A stretch of 64,000 nucleotides of DNA. Origin: Verrucomicrobiales bacterium (GTDB lineage: Bacteria > Verrucomicrobiota > Verrucomicrobiia > Verrucomicrobiales > SLCJ01). The translations under genes and the position numbers were made by a program. Location of the stretch: NCBI GenBank assembly GCA_046075565.1, contig JBJTQJ010000025.1, positions 73,326 to 137,325 on the forward strand, read 5' to 3'. Numbering within the stretch: position 1 is the first letter of the stretch; each line of letters starts with the position of its first letter. The notes beneath the pieces were generated by a model. The model made no database searches. It was given only the letters and a program-made list of their open reading frames with translations, and was not told the origin of the DNA. This document shows positions 34,704 through 44,046 of this stretch, piece after piece.

Positions 34704-37037
34704 ATGAAAACAAATCCATCCGTCCGCCCATGGACCTTATCCCGTCGTGCCCGCTTGCTCCCTTTACTCGCGGCCGCCTGTCTGCCCTCCTCCTTCCTCT
34801 CCGCCGCCACCATTGATGGCATCCGCGATGTCGGCGACGGATATATTGAATTGGCCGTGCAGGGAATCTCTACCGGCTGGGGTTCCGGAAACCATCTTTC
34901 CAAAATCGCCGCCATCCAAGACGGCTCGTCGTTGGCTGTTTTTCTCGGAGGGAAACCGGCCGGCAACGCGATCCTTCTTTTCATTGATTCAAAAGCGGGC
35001 GGACCAAGCACCATCAGCAACACGCAGATTGCCTCGGGGCAGCAGGAGCCTTTCACCATTAACAACCTCGGTCCCTCCGGAGCAGACACCGGTATGACCT
35101 TTGAGACTGGCTTCCAGCCCGACTATGCAGTGCGCATTTACGGAAATGGCGCGGGCACCGAGGCGCATGTCAATCGCTACGATCTGCAGGCGGGAACCAG
35201 CAGTTACGTCGGACAATGCTCCGGGACCACCCTCAACCCCGGTACCGGATTCGTGACATCGATCAGCACGATCTGGACGGATCTGACCGGCGCACAGTCC
35301 GCGGTTATCAACGGCGTCGAGATGAAACTTAGCCTCAGCCAAATGGGCGTGCCCTCCGCCTCGGGCCAGACCGTGAAAATGATGGCCGTGCTGGTGAATG
35401 ACAGTTCCAGTTGGGGTTCCAACCAGGTTTTGGGTTCGCCCGCCACTCCTTTTGGCGACATCGCTGGCAATATCAACAACATTGATTTCGGGACCGTTGG
35501 CGGCGTGCAGACGCTTTCGATCACCGTTGACAACAACGACAACGACGGCGACGGCACCCCTGATCCTTCGGATCCGGACGACGACAACGACGGGCTCACC
35601 GACCTCGTGGAAACCAACACCGGGGTCTTTGTGGACGATAATGACACCGGCTCGAACCCCTTTATCGCCGACACCGACGGCGATGGCTTCACCGACCTGT
35701 CAGAAGTCACGGGTAGCCATGGACAACTCGGCGGCCCTTCCGATCCGAATATCTACAACCCGACCGACATCGTGTTGGCGGGAAATTTCCCCGCGGGCAC
35801 CACAAATGATTGGAAGCCAGAGGGAGTCGTATCCCCGAACACCTTCGCTACCCGCACCGGCAACGATCTCTTCAGCAGCCAGCTTGTGTTCGAGTTGGAT
35901 TTCCACCTGACGGCACCCAATCCATCGATCGCCTACAAATACACCAATGCCCTGGATTGGGGCGCTTCCGGCCACCGCAACTGGGGCGCGGGCGGTGCTC
36001 CGAACTCGTTGGCCGTAAATGGTGGAGATTTAATCGCCAACATCGGACCCTCCGGCATCTACCGTTTTTCCGGTAACTTCAAGAACCTCACCCATAGCCT
36101 CGTGCGCCGGAATTTATCCAGCGAAGTGTATGCCAACTTCCAGGACGCCTACGGCATCGGGCTCGCGGAGGAAGATGATGATGGGGATGGCTGGACCAAC
36201 GAACAGGAACAAGCCGCCAATACCGACCCGGAAAACGCCGATACCGATGGAGATGGGCTGGAGGATGATGTTGATCCGAACCCGCTCGTCCGCGAGCCGG
36301 AATCCCGCAACGTGGTCTTCCGTGTAAACATGAATGTTCAAGCCGCTCTCGGGCACTTCAGCCTTTCCACCGACAATGTGGTCGTCAAGGTTTTCTCCGG
36401 CGTCCTTTCCGGCGGAAGTGACATTCCCATGACCGATGTGGACAACGACGGCATTTACGTGTCCGCTGCGATTCCGGTCTCCGGATTCGCCGGCACCAGC
36501 TTCGGAACCTTCAAATTCTTCAATACGACTCCGGGTGCGCCCAACTTCGGCTACGAGGAGGGAGCGGATCGTACATTCAACCTCGCCGCCAACGGCACGA
36601 CCCAAACCGTGCCCGATCCTGTCGCCTTCTTCAGCAACAACTCGACCATGCCGGATGGGTATGTGGCTTGGGCCGGCCCTAGTGGTTACAACCTCGCGCC
36701 CAAAGATGGAAGGAATGACGATGCCGACGGCGATGGTTTCACCAACCACCAAGAGTTCTGTTTCGGCACGGTGCCAAACGCGCCCAACAGCGCGCTTATG
36801 ACTTACACGTCAGGTCCCGCAGCCAACCAGATGACCATGGTCTGGTTGCAAAGGAACACGGGTGTGACCTACACCCTGATGGAAAACTCCGATCTCGGGG
36901 CGTGGAGTCCCAGTGCGATCGCAACGGCCCCAGCTTCGAACCAGGTTGGTGTGCCGGTTGGTTACACCCGCTTCCAAGCGACGGTGCCCACCAGCCCGGA
37001 TCCGAATCATTTCTTCACCGTCAAAGCTGAAGAATAA
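34704..37037 (+). CDS. Large secreted multidomain protein with Ca-binding DxDGDG repeats and CBM-like domains
   Basis: Signal peptide; repeated DxDGDG.D..E motifs; LAGNF...W.P and FRVNMN...DNDGIY...FKF carbohydrate-binding-like modules. Confidence 0.75.
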   Translation: MKTNPSVRPWTLSRRARLLPLLAAACLPSSFLSAATIDGIRDVGDGYIELAVQGISTGWGSGNHLSKIAAIQDGSSLAVFLGGKPAGNAILLFIDSKAGGPSTISNTQIASGQQEPFTINNLGPSGADTGMTFETGFQPDYAVRIYGNGAGTEAHVNRYDLQAGTSSYVGQCSGTTLNPGTGFVTSISTIWTDLTGAQSAVINGVEMKLSLSQMGVPSASGQTVKMMAVLVNDSSSWGSNQVLGSPATPFGDIAGNINNIDFGTVGGVQTLSITVDNNDNDGDGTPDPSDPDDDNDGLTDLVETNTGVFVDDNDTGSNPFIADTDGDGFTDLSEVTGSHGQLGGPSDPNIYNPTDIVLAGNFPAGTTNDWKPEGVVSPNTFATRTGNDLFSSQLVFELDFHLTAPNPSIAYKYTNALDWGASGHRNWGAGGAPNSLAVNGGDLIANIGPSGIYRFSGNFKNLTHSLVRRNLSSEVYANFQDAYGIGLAEEDDDGDGWTNEQEQAANTDPENADTDGDGLEDDVDPNPLVREPESRNVVFRVNMNVQAALGHFSLSTDNVVVKVFSGVLSGGSDIPMTDVDNDGIYVSAAIPVSGFAGTSFGTFKFFNTTPGAPNFGYEEGADRTFNLAANGTTQTVPDPVAFFSNNSTMPDGYVAWAGPSGYNLAPKDGRNDDADGDGFTNHQEFCFGTVPNAPNSALMTYTSGPAANQMTMVWLQRNTGVTYTLMENSDLGAWSPSAIATAPASNQVGVPVGYTRFQATVPTSPDPNHFFTVKAEE

Positions 37038-37090
37038 GGGAGACCCCGGGGATCTTGAGACAATCCCCCCCGCCGCCTCCCGGCAACCAT

Positions 37091-37129
37091 GGGCGCCGCT
37101 TCCGCGAGGGAGTGGCGCCCGATTCTTTT
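37091..37129 (+). terminator. Intrinsic terminator
   Basis: GGGCGCCGCTTCC-GCGA-GGGAGTGGCGCCC followed by GATTCTTTT. Confidence 0.7.
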
Positions 37130-37233
37130 GTGGAGATGGAAGCACGCTTTCCGGACAGGGTCTTTGGATACAAGAGGCAAGAGTCTCCAATAATACGGCG
37201 TAGCCGATTTCGTAGACCATCACAACCAGACTT

Positions 37234-38520
37234 ATGCATCCGAACGATTATCCGTCCCGCCGCAGCTTTCTTGGCAGGACCGCGAAAACAGCGGGTGCTC
37301 TTGCCGCTTTCTCCACATTTTCGCGCAGACTTCATGCCGCTGATTCTCCGAACTCCACCATTGGAGTCGGTTGTATCGGCATCGGCACCCGGGGTGGCGA
37401 CGTGATGAAAAACGTTCTTGCCGTGCAGGGAGTGAAAGTCGTCGCGGTATGTGATGTTTTTCAACCTCACGTGCAAAAAGGTCTGGCTCTCGCCGGCAAT
37501 CCGGAGGCCAAGGGCTATCGCGACTACCGTGAACTGTTGGCCGACCCCAAGGTGGATGCAGTGGTCATCGTCACTCCCGACCATTGGCACTGCCAGATGG
37601 TATTGGATGCGGTGGCGGCAGGCAAAGATATCTACTGCGAAAAAGGTTTTTCCCGCACCTTGGCAGAGGCAAAACAAATGCGCGATGCCGTCAATTCCAG
37701 CAAGGTGGTGTTCCAACTCGGCCATCAGGGAAGGCAGAACACCGCCGCCTTCCAGGCCAAACAACTCTTTGCCTCCGGCATCTTTGGACAGGTGACCTTG
37801 GCTCGCGTCGGTCGTTTCATGAGCAGCAGCCTTGAGCATCCGACGTGGCGCTGGTATGGCTACTACAGCCAACGCGAACGCCCTGGTCCGGCGGAGGTCG
37901 CGCGTCAACTCGACTGGGAAAGTTGGCTTGGCCCGGCGCCGAAGATTCCATGGAATGAACGGCATTTCTGGCACTGGCGTTGTTACTGGCCCTACGGCAC
38001 CGGTCAGGCGGGGGATCTGCTTTCCCACGAGATGGATATGCTCCAGTATGTGCCCGGTCACGGCATTCCCGATACCTGCAATTGCTCGGGTCTGGTGGCC
38101 CGACTCAAGGACGACCGTGAAGTGCCGGATACCTGGGTCGCGACCTACCAGTTCGAGAAGCTGGGAAGAACCATCATTTTTATCGGTAGCATGAACACCC
38201 GCGGCGGCCAACCGGTCGAGATTTGCGGCGAGAATGCGACGCTGCGTTTCGATGACATCGGCCAGAATGTCTCCAACTTCGAGATCATCCCGGAACGCCA
38301 CTACGACGGGCCCGAACTTCCCAGCGGCTATCGCCCGCGCGAATCACCGAAACAGCCATCCCACATGCAGGATTTCTTCAATTGCGTGCGGGACCGGGGC
38401 ACCCCCAAGTGTCCGGTGGGCGAGGCATTTATCGAAGCGGCCACTTTCCTCATGTCGGTGGAATCGTACCGGCAAGGCAGGATGGTGCGTTGGGACGCGG
38501 CCCGCGAGGAGATCGTGTGA
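37234..38520 (+). CDS. Tat-exported Gfo/Idh/MocA oxidoreductase
   Basis: SRRSFL twin-arginine signal, GIGTRG, TPDHWH, YCEK, WR.YW.YG.G..GD..SH..D. Confidence 0.93.
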   Translation: MHPNDYPSRRSFLGRTAKTAGALAAFSTFSRRLHAADSPNSTIGVGCIGIGTRGGDVMKNVLAVQGVKVVAVCDVFQPHVQKGLALAGNPEAKGYRDYRELLADPKVDAVVIVTPDHWHCQMVLDAVAAGKDIYCEKGFSRTLAEAKQMRDAVNSSKVVFQLGHQGRQNTAAFQAKQLFASGIFGQVTLARVGRFMSSSLEHPTWRWYGYYSQRERPGPAEVARQLDWESWLGPAPKIPWNERHFWHWRCYWPYGTGQAGDLLSHEMDMLQYVPGHGIPDTCNCSGLVARLKDDREVPDTWVATYQFEKLGRTIIFIGSMNTRGGQPVEICGENATLRFDDIGQNVSNFEIIPERHYDGPELPSGYRPRESPKQPSHMQDFFNCVRDRGTPKCPVGEAFIEAATFLMSVESYRQGRMVRWDAAREEIV

Positions 38521-38523
38521 AGG

Positions 38524-39228
38524 TCAGATGTCGGCGGCGGCATCACCCCGCTCCCAGACCCGTTGCTCGAGGGCATTCATGGCCGCTTGGGTTTCCGCCT
38601 GCTTTTTGCTGGAACCGGCACCGCGGCCGAGTTCCATGCCTTGCCAGCTGACCACGCTGTGAAACTCCTTGGCATGGTCGGGCCCGGTTTCTTGCAAAAT
38701 GGTGTAAACCGGTCCGGGGGAATCGGGACCTTGCAGAAGTTCCTGCAGTTCGCCTTTGGGGTTCATTTCCTCGGGTTCATGCGCAATCGCTTCCAATTCC
38801 GGTTCGCAGGATCGCAGGATGAATGTTTTCGCCTCCTCAATGCCGCTATCGAGATAAACCGCGCCAATGAGCGCCTCGAAGGCGTCGGAAAGGGCCGAAG
38901 CACGCGCGCGGCCTCCGCTGGCTTCCTCGCCCCGGCCAAGCAGGAGAAAGCCTCCCAAACTGAGACGGTCCGCGTAGGCCCGCAAGGCATCGCGCGAAAC
39001 CAGGCGGGAGCGCAGCTTGGTCAACCGCCCCTCGGGGAAGCCCGGGAACAAACGGTAGAGATGTTCGGTCAGGACGAGCTGGAGCACCGCGTCACCAAGG
39101 AATTCAAGCCGTTGATTGTCGAAATGCGGCTTCCGGGTTTCATAAGCGAGGCTCGGGTGGGTGAGCGCCTCTCCCAGCAACAGGGAGTTGCGGAATTTGT
39201 AACCCATGCGCTCTTCCAGCGGAATCAT
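38524..39228 (-). CDS. rnc: Ribonuclease III
   Basis: ALTHPS, NQRLEFLGDAVL, DAFEALIGAVYLD, dsRBD NPKGELQE...SKKQAE. Confidence 0.98.
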   Translation of the reverse strand: MIPLEERMGYKFRNSLLLGEALTHPSLAYETRKPHFDNQRLEFLGDAVLQLVLTEHLYRLFPGFPEGRLTKLRSRLVSRDALRAYADRLSLGGFLLLGRGEEASGGRARASALSDAFEALIGAVYLDSGIEEAKTFILRSCEPELEAIAHEPEEMNPKGELQELLQGPDSPGPVYTILQETGPDHAKEFHSVVSWQGMELGRGAGSSKKQAETQAAMNALEQRVWERGDAAADI

Positions 39229-39236
39229 CTTCCGGG

Positions 39237-39266
39237 ATGCTAAACCTTGCCCGATGGGAATGGCAA
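39237..39266 (-). promoter_or_regulatory. Sigma70-like promoter for rnc, near-leaderless
   Basis: Minus strand TTGCCA-N18-TAGCAT, 8 nt before ATG 39228. Confidence 0.45.
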
Positions 39267-39303
39267 ACGCTTTGCACGCCACCGGGCGCGGAAATTTTTC
39301 CCA

Positions 39304-39379
39304 TGGGGTGATCGACGGGGCTCGAACCCGCGACAGCCAGAACCACAATCTGGAGCTCTACCAACTGAGCTACGACCAC
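39304..39379 (-). tRNA. tRNA-His (GTG)
   Basis: GTGGTCGTAGCTCAGTTGGTAGAGCTCCAGATTGTGGTTCTGG...GGTTCGAGCCC...CACCCCA; encoded CCA and G-1 at 39380. Confidence 0.98.
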
Positions 39380-39524
39380 CATTAGGGAATTGAACGGATG
39401 CCGGGCGGAACCGGTTACCGGATTGGCAATTTACCACCAGTCGATTTTCGCGCCAGTGGAAATTTTCTTCCCAAACGGGGACATTGGGCCGACTACGTCA
39501 AGGATTCGATGGCTTCGCCCGCCC

Positions 39525-40541
39525 TTAGTCGGCCTCCGGTTTCGGCTGCCGACCGAACAATTCCGTAAGCGCTGCGGCAGGATCCTTGCCTTCATGCAAG
39601 ACAGCATGCACGGCGTCGATGATCGGGGTTTCCACTCCCGATAACCGAGCCGCTTCATAAATGGATGCGGTATTCGGCACCCCCTCGACGACCATATGCC
39701 CCATGGCCGCTAGCGCCTCAGCGACCGTCTTGCCTTGCCCTAAGGCCCGTCCAAGGCGGTGGTTCCGGGAATGTTCGGAGTAGCAAGTGACAACCAAATC
39801 ACCGACCCCGGACAACCCCTGGAATGTTTCTGCCCGGCCTCCCATTGCTGTTCCCAGCCGCGTCATTTCCGCGAGCCCTCGCGTCACGAGCGCTGCTTTC
39901 GCATTGTCGCCAAGCCCGAGGCCTTCCGCGATGCCGCCGCCAATAGCGAAAACATTTTTCATCGCTCCCCCGAGTTCGATGCCCGCTACATCCGTGCTGC
40001 TATAGACCCGAAACCAAGGCAAACGAAAGGTCTCCTGCAACGCTTCGGCCACCGCCTGATCTTCGCACCCCACAACCGATGCGGTCGCCAACCGTTTGGC
40101 CACTTCTTCGGCATGATTCGGACCCGATAAAACCGCAACCGGATGCTCTGGCAACCTCTGCTTCATTACCTCCGACATCCGGCGCCCCGTGTGCGCCTCG
40201 ATTCCTTTGCTACACGAAACCAAGACCGCGCCCGTGGACAAACCCGCCCCCGCCAGCGCTTCCGCTGTCGCGTCTGCCGCCGCCGAAGGCGTGACAACAA
40301 GCACAAGCGGAGCCATCGTCACGCCGCTTAAATCCGAGGTTACCGCAATCGCATCCGGAAGCTTGGCTCCCGGCAAATACTCGGAGTTTTCCCTAGTGGC
40401 GGACATTTCTTCTGCCTGACGTGGATTCCTACACCAGAGATTCACCAATAGCCCGCGCTCGGCGAGTGCCAACGCCAAAGCCGTTCCCCACGATCCTGCT
40501 CCAACGACGGTGGCGATGGAAAATGGCGGTGTATCCTTCAT
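39525..40541 (-). CDS. gpsA: NAD(P)H-dependent glycerol-3-phosphate dehydrogenase
   Basis: GAGSWGTALA, SKGIE, SGPNHAEE, GAMKN, GDLVVTC.S.HSRN. Confidence 0.97.
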   Translation of the reverse strand: MKDTPPFSIATVVGAGSWGTALALALAERGLLVNLWCRNPRQAEEMSATRENSEYLPGAKLPDAIAVTSDLSGVTMAPLVLVVTPSAAADATAEALAGAGLSTGAVLVSCSKGIEAHTGRRMSEVMKQRLPEHPVAVLSGPNHAEEVAKRLATASVVGCEDQAVAEALQETFRLPWFRVYSSTDVAGIELGGAMKNVFAIGGGIAEGLGLGDNAKAALVTRGLAEMTRLGTAMGGRAETFQGLSGVGDLVVTCYSEHSRNHRLGRALGQGKTVAEALAAMGHMVVEGVPNTASIYEAARLSGVETPIIDAVHAVLHEGKDPAAALTELFGRQPKPEAD

Positions 40542-41194
40542 TGCGATTTTGAATCGGAGTTTTCCGGCTGAGGTGGGCGTGTGGACTCAAAGCGGTGTTC
40601 GCGTCCCGCCTTGAGATTCTGAATGTTGGAGCGATGGCGCCAAATGGCCAAAACGGCAATCGCAATCGTGAATCCGAGGAAGTAGGGACGCCACTCGCCT
40701 TTCGCCAAGGAGAATCCGATTTCAGCACACGGAATGGCCACAGCCGCAGCCATGGAAGCGACGGAAACATAGCGGGTTGCCTTGAAGGCAACACCCCAAA
40801 CCGCCAGAGCAATCAAAAGCGGCCACGGAAGTAATCCGAGCAACACACCGGCGGAAGTGGCGATCCCCTTTCCGCCTTTGAAACCCACCCAAGGTGAATA
40901 GTTGTGCCCGAGAATCGCGGCCAAACCCGTGGCAATGGACACCCACTCGGGAGAAGGAGTGGCGGCAAACCACCCCAAACTGGCCAGCACGGGCAGCAAC
41001 CCCTTGAGGAAATCGAAAACAAAAACTGCGATCCCGTAGGGTTTCCCAACCACCCGCAGCACATTCGTCGCCCCGATATTCCCCGATCCATGCTTTCGGA
41101 TATCAACCCCCTTCCACCTTGCTACAAGCAAGCCAAATGGAATTGACCCGGCGGCAAACCCCACCAAAGGGAGAATAAAGTTGGAGGAAAACAC
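40538..41194 (-). CDS. plsY: Glycerol-3-phosphate acyltransferase PlsY
   Basis: GSIPFG, GSGNIGATN, FKGGKGIAT, RHRSNI. Confidence 0.97.
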   Translation of the reverse strand: MFSSNFILPLVGFAAGSIPFGLLVARWKGVDIRKHGSGNIGATNVLRVVGKPYGIAVFVFDFLKGLLPVLASLGWFAATPSPEWVSIATGLAAILGHNYSPWVGFKGGKGIATSAGVLLGLLPWPLLIALAVWGVAFKATRYVSVASMAAAVAIPCAEIGFSLAKGEWRPYFLGFTIAIAVLAIWRHRSNIQNLKAGREHRFESTRPPQPENSDSKSQ

Positions 41195-41245
41195 CCACCA
41201 CTAAATCCCGTGCCCCCCCGCCCCGCAAATCTAACTCGTTCCTTT

Positions 41246-41307
41246 ATATTGTCTGTCCCTATGTCTGACAAAAAAATCTTGACATATTGCCCGTCCCTAT
41301 GTATCTT
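41246..41307 (+). promoter_or_regulatory. Transposase promoter with two 19-bp direct repeats
   Basis: ATATTGTCTGTCCCTATGT (41246-41264) and ATATTGCCCGTCCCTATGT (41284-41302); TTGACA(41279)-N17-TATCTT(41302), 5 nt before ATG. Confidence 0.65.
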
Positions 41308-41312
41308 GGTAT

Positions 41313-42389
41313 ATGCGCCGTTGCAGAATGTTAGTGCCCCCGCAAATGGATGGGCTATATCACGTGGTCAGCCGGGTCGTAGATCGGCGAAAGGTGTTCG
41401 GGGAGGCGGAGAAGAAACGCTTCCGCGATTTGCTCTTGGCCTATGCCGGATTCAGCGGCATTACCGTGGTGGCTTGGTGTATCATGGGGAATCATTTCCA
41501 TCTGTTGCTGGATGTGCCCGCGAAGGCAAATGGCGGCGCCCAGGCTCTTTCCGAAGAAGAAGTTGTCCGAAGGATCGGGCTGATTCACGGGCCGTCCGCG
41601 TCTCTAGAGTTGGCCCGTCAGTTGTCACTTTGTTCTGCCGAAGAAAGCAAAACTCAATTGCTCCATCCCTATGTGCGAAGAATGGGTGATTTGGGTTTGA
41701 TGATGAAAACCTTGAAGCAACGCTTCACCCAATGGTTCAATCGTCGTCATGAACGCCGCGGGACGCTGTGGGAAGATCGTTACCGGAGCGTTATCGTGGA
41801 GAAATCCGACTCCGATGGCTCAATGGGAGGGGTGGCGAAGATTGTAGCGGCTTACATCGACCTGAACCCCGTCCGCGCCGGCATCACTTCCAATCCCGCC
41901 GCGTACCCTTGGAGCAGCTTTGGTTCATCCTCGGCGAATGATGTGGCATCGCGCACATCTCTAGCTCGATTATGGGGGATGGATGCTGATGCGGCATTGG
42001 CAGAACACATGGAGTTGCTCTATGAAGAGGGCTGCGCACAAAGGATCGCCGAAGAAGGACCAAAATCCGATCGTGCCCCGATCGCGGCACCGGAAGGAAA
42101 AGGTGGTGGCTCGCGCCTGAAAAAGTCGCTGCGCGTCCCTGTTCCCACGGCTCTACGCTTGCGTTTGCGACATTTCACCGCCGGAGGCATTCTTGGCAGC
42201 AAGGCATTTCTTGAAAAGCTCTCAACGACGCCAGGCATTCTGGATCCAACAGGCGAATCCGGAAAGTTTGCCGCCAAAGCGGGAGTGATCGTGCCCCGCG
42301 GAGAATGGGGAGCGTCTCTCCGAGCCTTGCGGGCCTTGCGCCTTCGCCAAGTCGGTCAATCCGATGTGGCTGAAAAATCAATTGATTGA
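41313..42389 (+). CDS. REP-associated tyrosine transposase (RAYT, Y1 HUH family)
   Basis: YHVVSR, MGNHFHLL (HUH), RGTLWEDRY, YIDLNPVRAG, YPWSS. Confidence 0.9.
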   Translation: MRRCRMLVPPQMDGLYHVVSRVVDRRKVFGEAEKKRFRDLLLAYAGFSGITVVAWCIMGNHFHLLLDVPAKANGGAQALSEEEVVRRIGLIHGPSASLELARQLSLCSAEESKTQLLHPYVRRMGDLGLMMKTLKQRFTQWFNRRHERRGTLWEDRYRSVIVEKSDSDGSMGGVAKIVAAYIDLNPVRAGITSNPAAYPWSSFGSSSANDVASRTSLARLWGMDADAALAEHMELLYEEGCAQRIAEEGPKSDRAPIAAPEGKGGGSRLKKSLRVPVPTALRLRLRHFTAGGILGSKAFLEKLSTTPGILDPTGESGKFAAKAGVIVPRGEWGASLRALRALRLRQVGQSDVAEKSID

Positions 42390-42432
42390 GGTTTTCCGCT
42401 AACGCACGGCGGCATAGATGCTAGACTTCCGC

Positions 42433-43962
42433 ATGATGGGATCGAACCTTTCCTTGGCTGCGAACCTTGTACAGTGGTTTCTACGGAGTGGTGCAAGGGA
42501 AATCGTGCTTTGCGCTGGCGCCAGAAACCTAGCCCTCGTCGCGGCGGCAACCAAAACCGCGGGCATCAAAACATGGCATCACCCGGAGGAACGATCGGCG
42601 GGATTCTTCGCCATGGGCCGTGCCAAGGCAAGCGGTCGCCCGGTGGCCATCGTGGTCACATCCGGCACCGCGGTTGCGGAGCTTCTTCCCGCGGTGATTG
42701 AAGCCCACTATCAAGGCATACCCCTGGTTGTGATTTCGGCGGACCGCCCGGCTTGCTACCGGGAAACAGGATCTCCACAGACCATCGAGCAACGCGGCAT
42801 CTTCGGTCCTCACGCTGCCTTTTTGGGCGAGTTCGAAGCGGGAGATTCTTCGGAACTCCCCGCGGACCAAATGATCGACCGACCAGTCCATCTAAATGTT
42901 TGCTTTGACGAGCCGATTCTCGACGGATTGTTGGAACAAAACATCGCACCTGCGACCAATTCGCTCGCCTGTCCAATTTCAGTCGAGAAACTGCAAAGTC
43001 CTCCCGCATGGGATGACTTTGGAAGCACGGGCAAAATCCTCGTCATGGTCGGCGCATTGTCGTCTGCCGAACGCGCGTCTGTGCTTCGTTTCCTCGAGAA
43101 GCTTGGTGCACCGGTATGGTTGGAGGCGACAAGCGGACTTTGGGGACAGCCAGGCTTGTCACGACTCTGGGTTCGAAACCCAGCGAAACTACCTGCCGAG
43201 GGACCAACACATGTTTTGCGATTGGGTGGCGTGCCTTGTGATCGCCTTTGGCGCGACCTCGAAAAACGTGATGAAATTCAGGTCCGCTCTTGGTCTTCGC
43301 AAGGATGGCCGGGACTCGCACGCCCTTGCGAGAACGCCATCTGTGATCTCTCCCAACTGCGAACCGGTTCTATCAAACCACACTCCAACTGGTCAACCGA
43401 AGCGAGCCGCTTCCCTGTCCCGTCAGCGAACATTCCATGCTCCGAAACTGCATGGTTTGGCGCACTTTCGAGGCATATACCAGATGATGCATTGGTTTTT
43501 CTCGGAAACAGCCTGCCCATACGCGAGTGGCAAGCCGCTGCCGATTGGCGCGTGGGATTGGAAATCCACGCGAACCGCGGCGTCAACGGTATTGATGGCG
43601 AGATTTCGACCTTTCTGGGACTGGCTGCCGATCATCCGGCCGAATCCTGGGGCATTTTCGGAGATCTGACCACACTCTATGATCTGGCGGGGCCGTGGAT
43701 TCTGTCTCAAATGCCGGGAAGAGTTGTCCGCTTCGTAGTGGTCAACAATGGAGGTGGGGCCATCTTCCGCGATCTTCCGGCTCTCCGAGCCGCCGAAGCG
43801 GCCACACGCGAAATTGTCTGCAACGAGCACTCTCTCGATTTTGCCGGTTGGGCCTCACTTTGGAGGCTGCCATACGTGCGGCTTGAGGATCCCGTCAACT
43901 GGTCGTCCTTCCTGCCCGAAGGATCCTGCGTCTTGGAAATCGTGCCGAAACGGGACCAATAA
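42433..43962 (+). CDS. menD: SEPHCHC synthase MenD
   Basis: EERSAGFFA.G, TSGTAVAE, SADRP, NSLPIR, NRGVNGIDG, GDL..LYD, NNGGG.IF. Confidence 0.95.
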   Translation: MMGSNLSLAANLVQWFLRSGAREIVLCAGARNLALVAAATKTAGIKTWHHPEERSAGFFAMGRAKASGRPVAIVVTSGTAVAELLPAVIEAHYQGIPLVVISADRPACYRETGSPQTIEQRGIFGPHAAFLGEFEAGDSSELPADQMIDRPVHLNVCFDEPILDGLLEQNIAPATNSLACPISVEKLQSPPAWDDFGSTGKILVMVGALSSAERASVLRFLEKLGAPVWLEATSGLWGQPGLSRLWVRNPAKLPAEGPTHVLRLGGVPCDRLWRDLEKRDEIQVRSWSSQGWPGLARPCENAICDLSQLRTGSIKPHSNWSTEASRFPVPSANIPCSETAWFGALSRHIPDDALVFLGNSLPIREWQAAADWRVGLEIHANRGVNGIDGEISTFLGLAADHPAESWGIFGDLTTLYDLAGPWILSQMPGRVVRFVVVNNGGGAIFRDLPALRAAEAATREIVCNEHSLDFAGWASLWRLPYVRLEDPVNWSSFLPEGSCVLEIVPKRDQ

Positions 43963-44046
43963 ATCCCGCCCTCGAAGAGCTCACGAACTCCCACTCGCTC
44001 GCACGAAGGGCACGAGCAGAGAGGGGTAGCGCAACCGACGAAAACC

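Noticed and set aside
35520-36760. GACGGCGA-type repeats as a CRISPR array or DNA repeat
   Set aside because: They are coding DxDGDG motifs with irregular spacing; no cas genes or regular repeat-spacer array anywhere in the window.
39304-39380. tRNA-His as an integration site
   Set aside because: Flanked by rnc and gpsA; no integrase and no duplicated tRNA 3' end seen.
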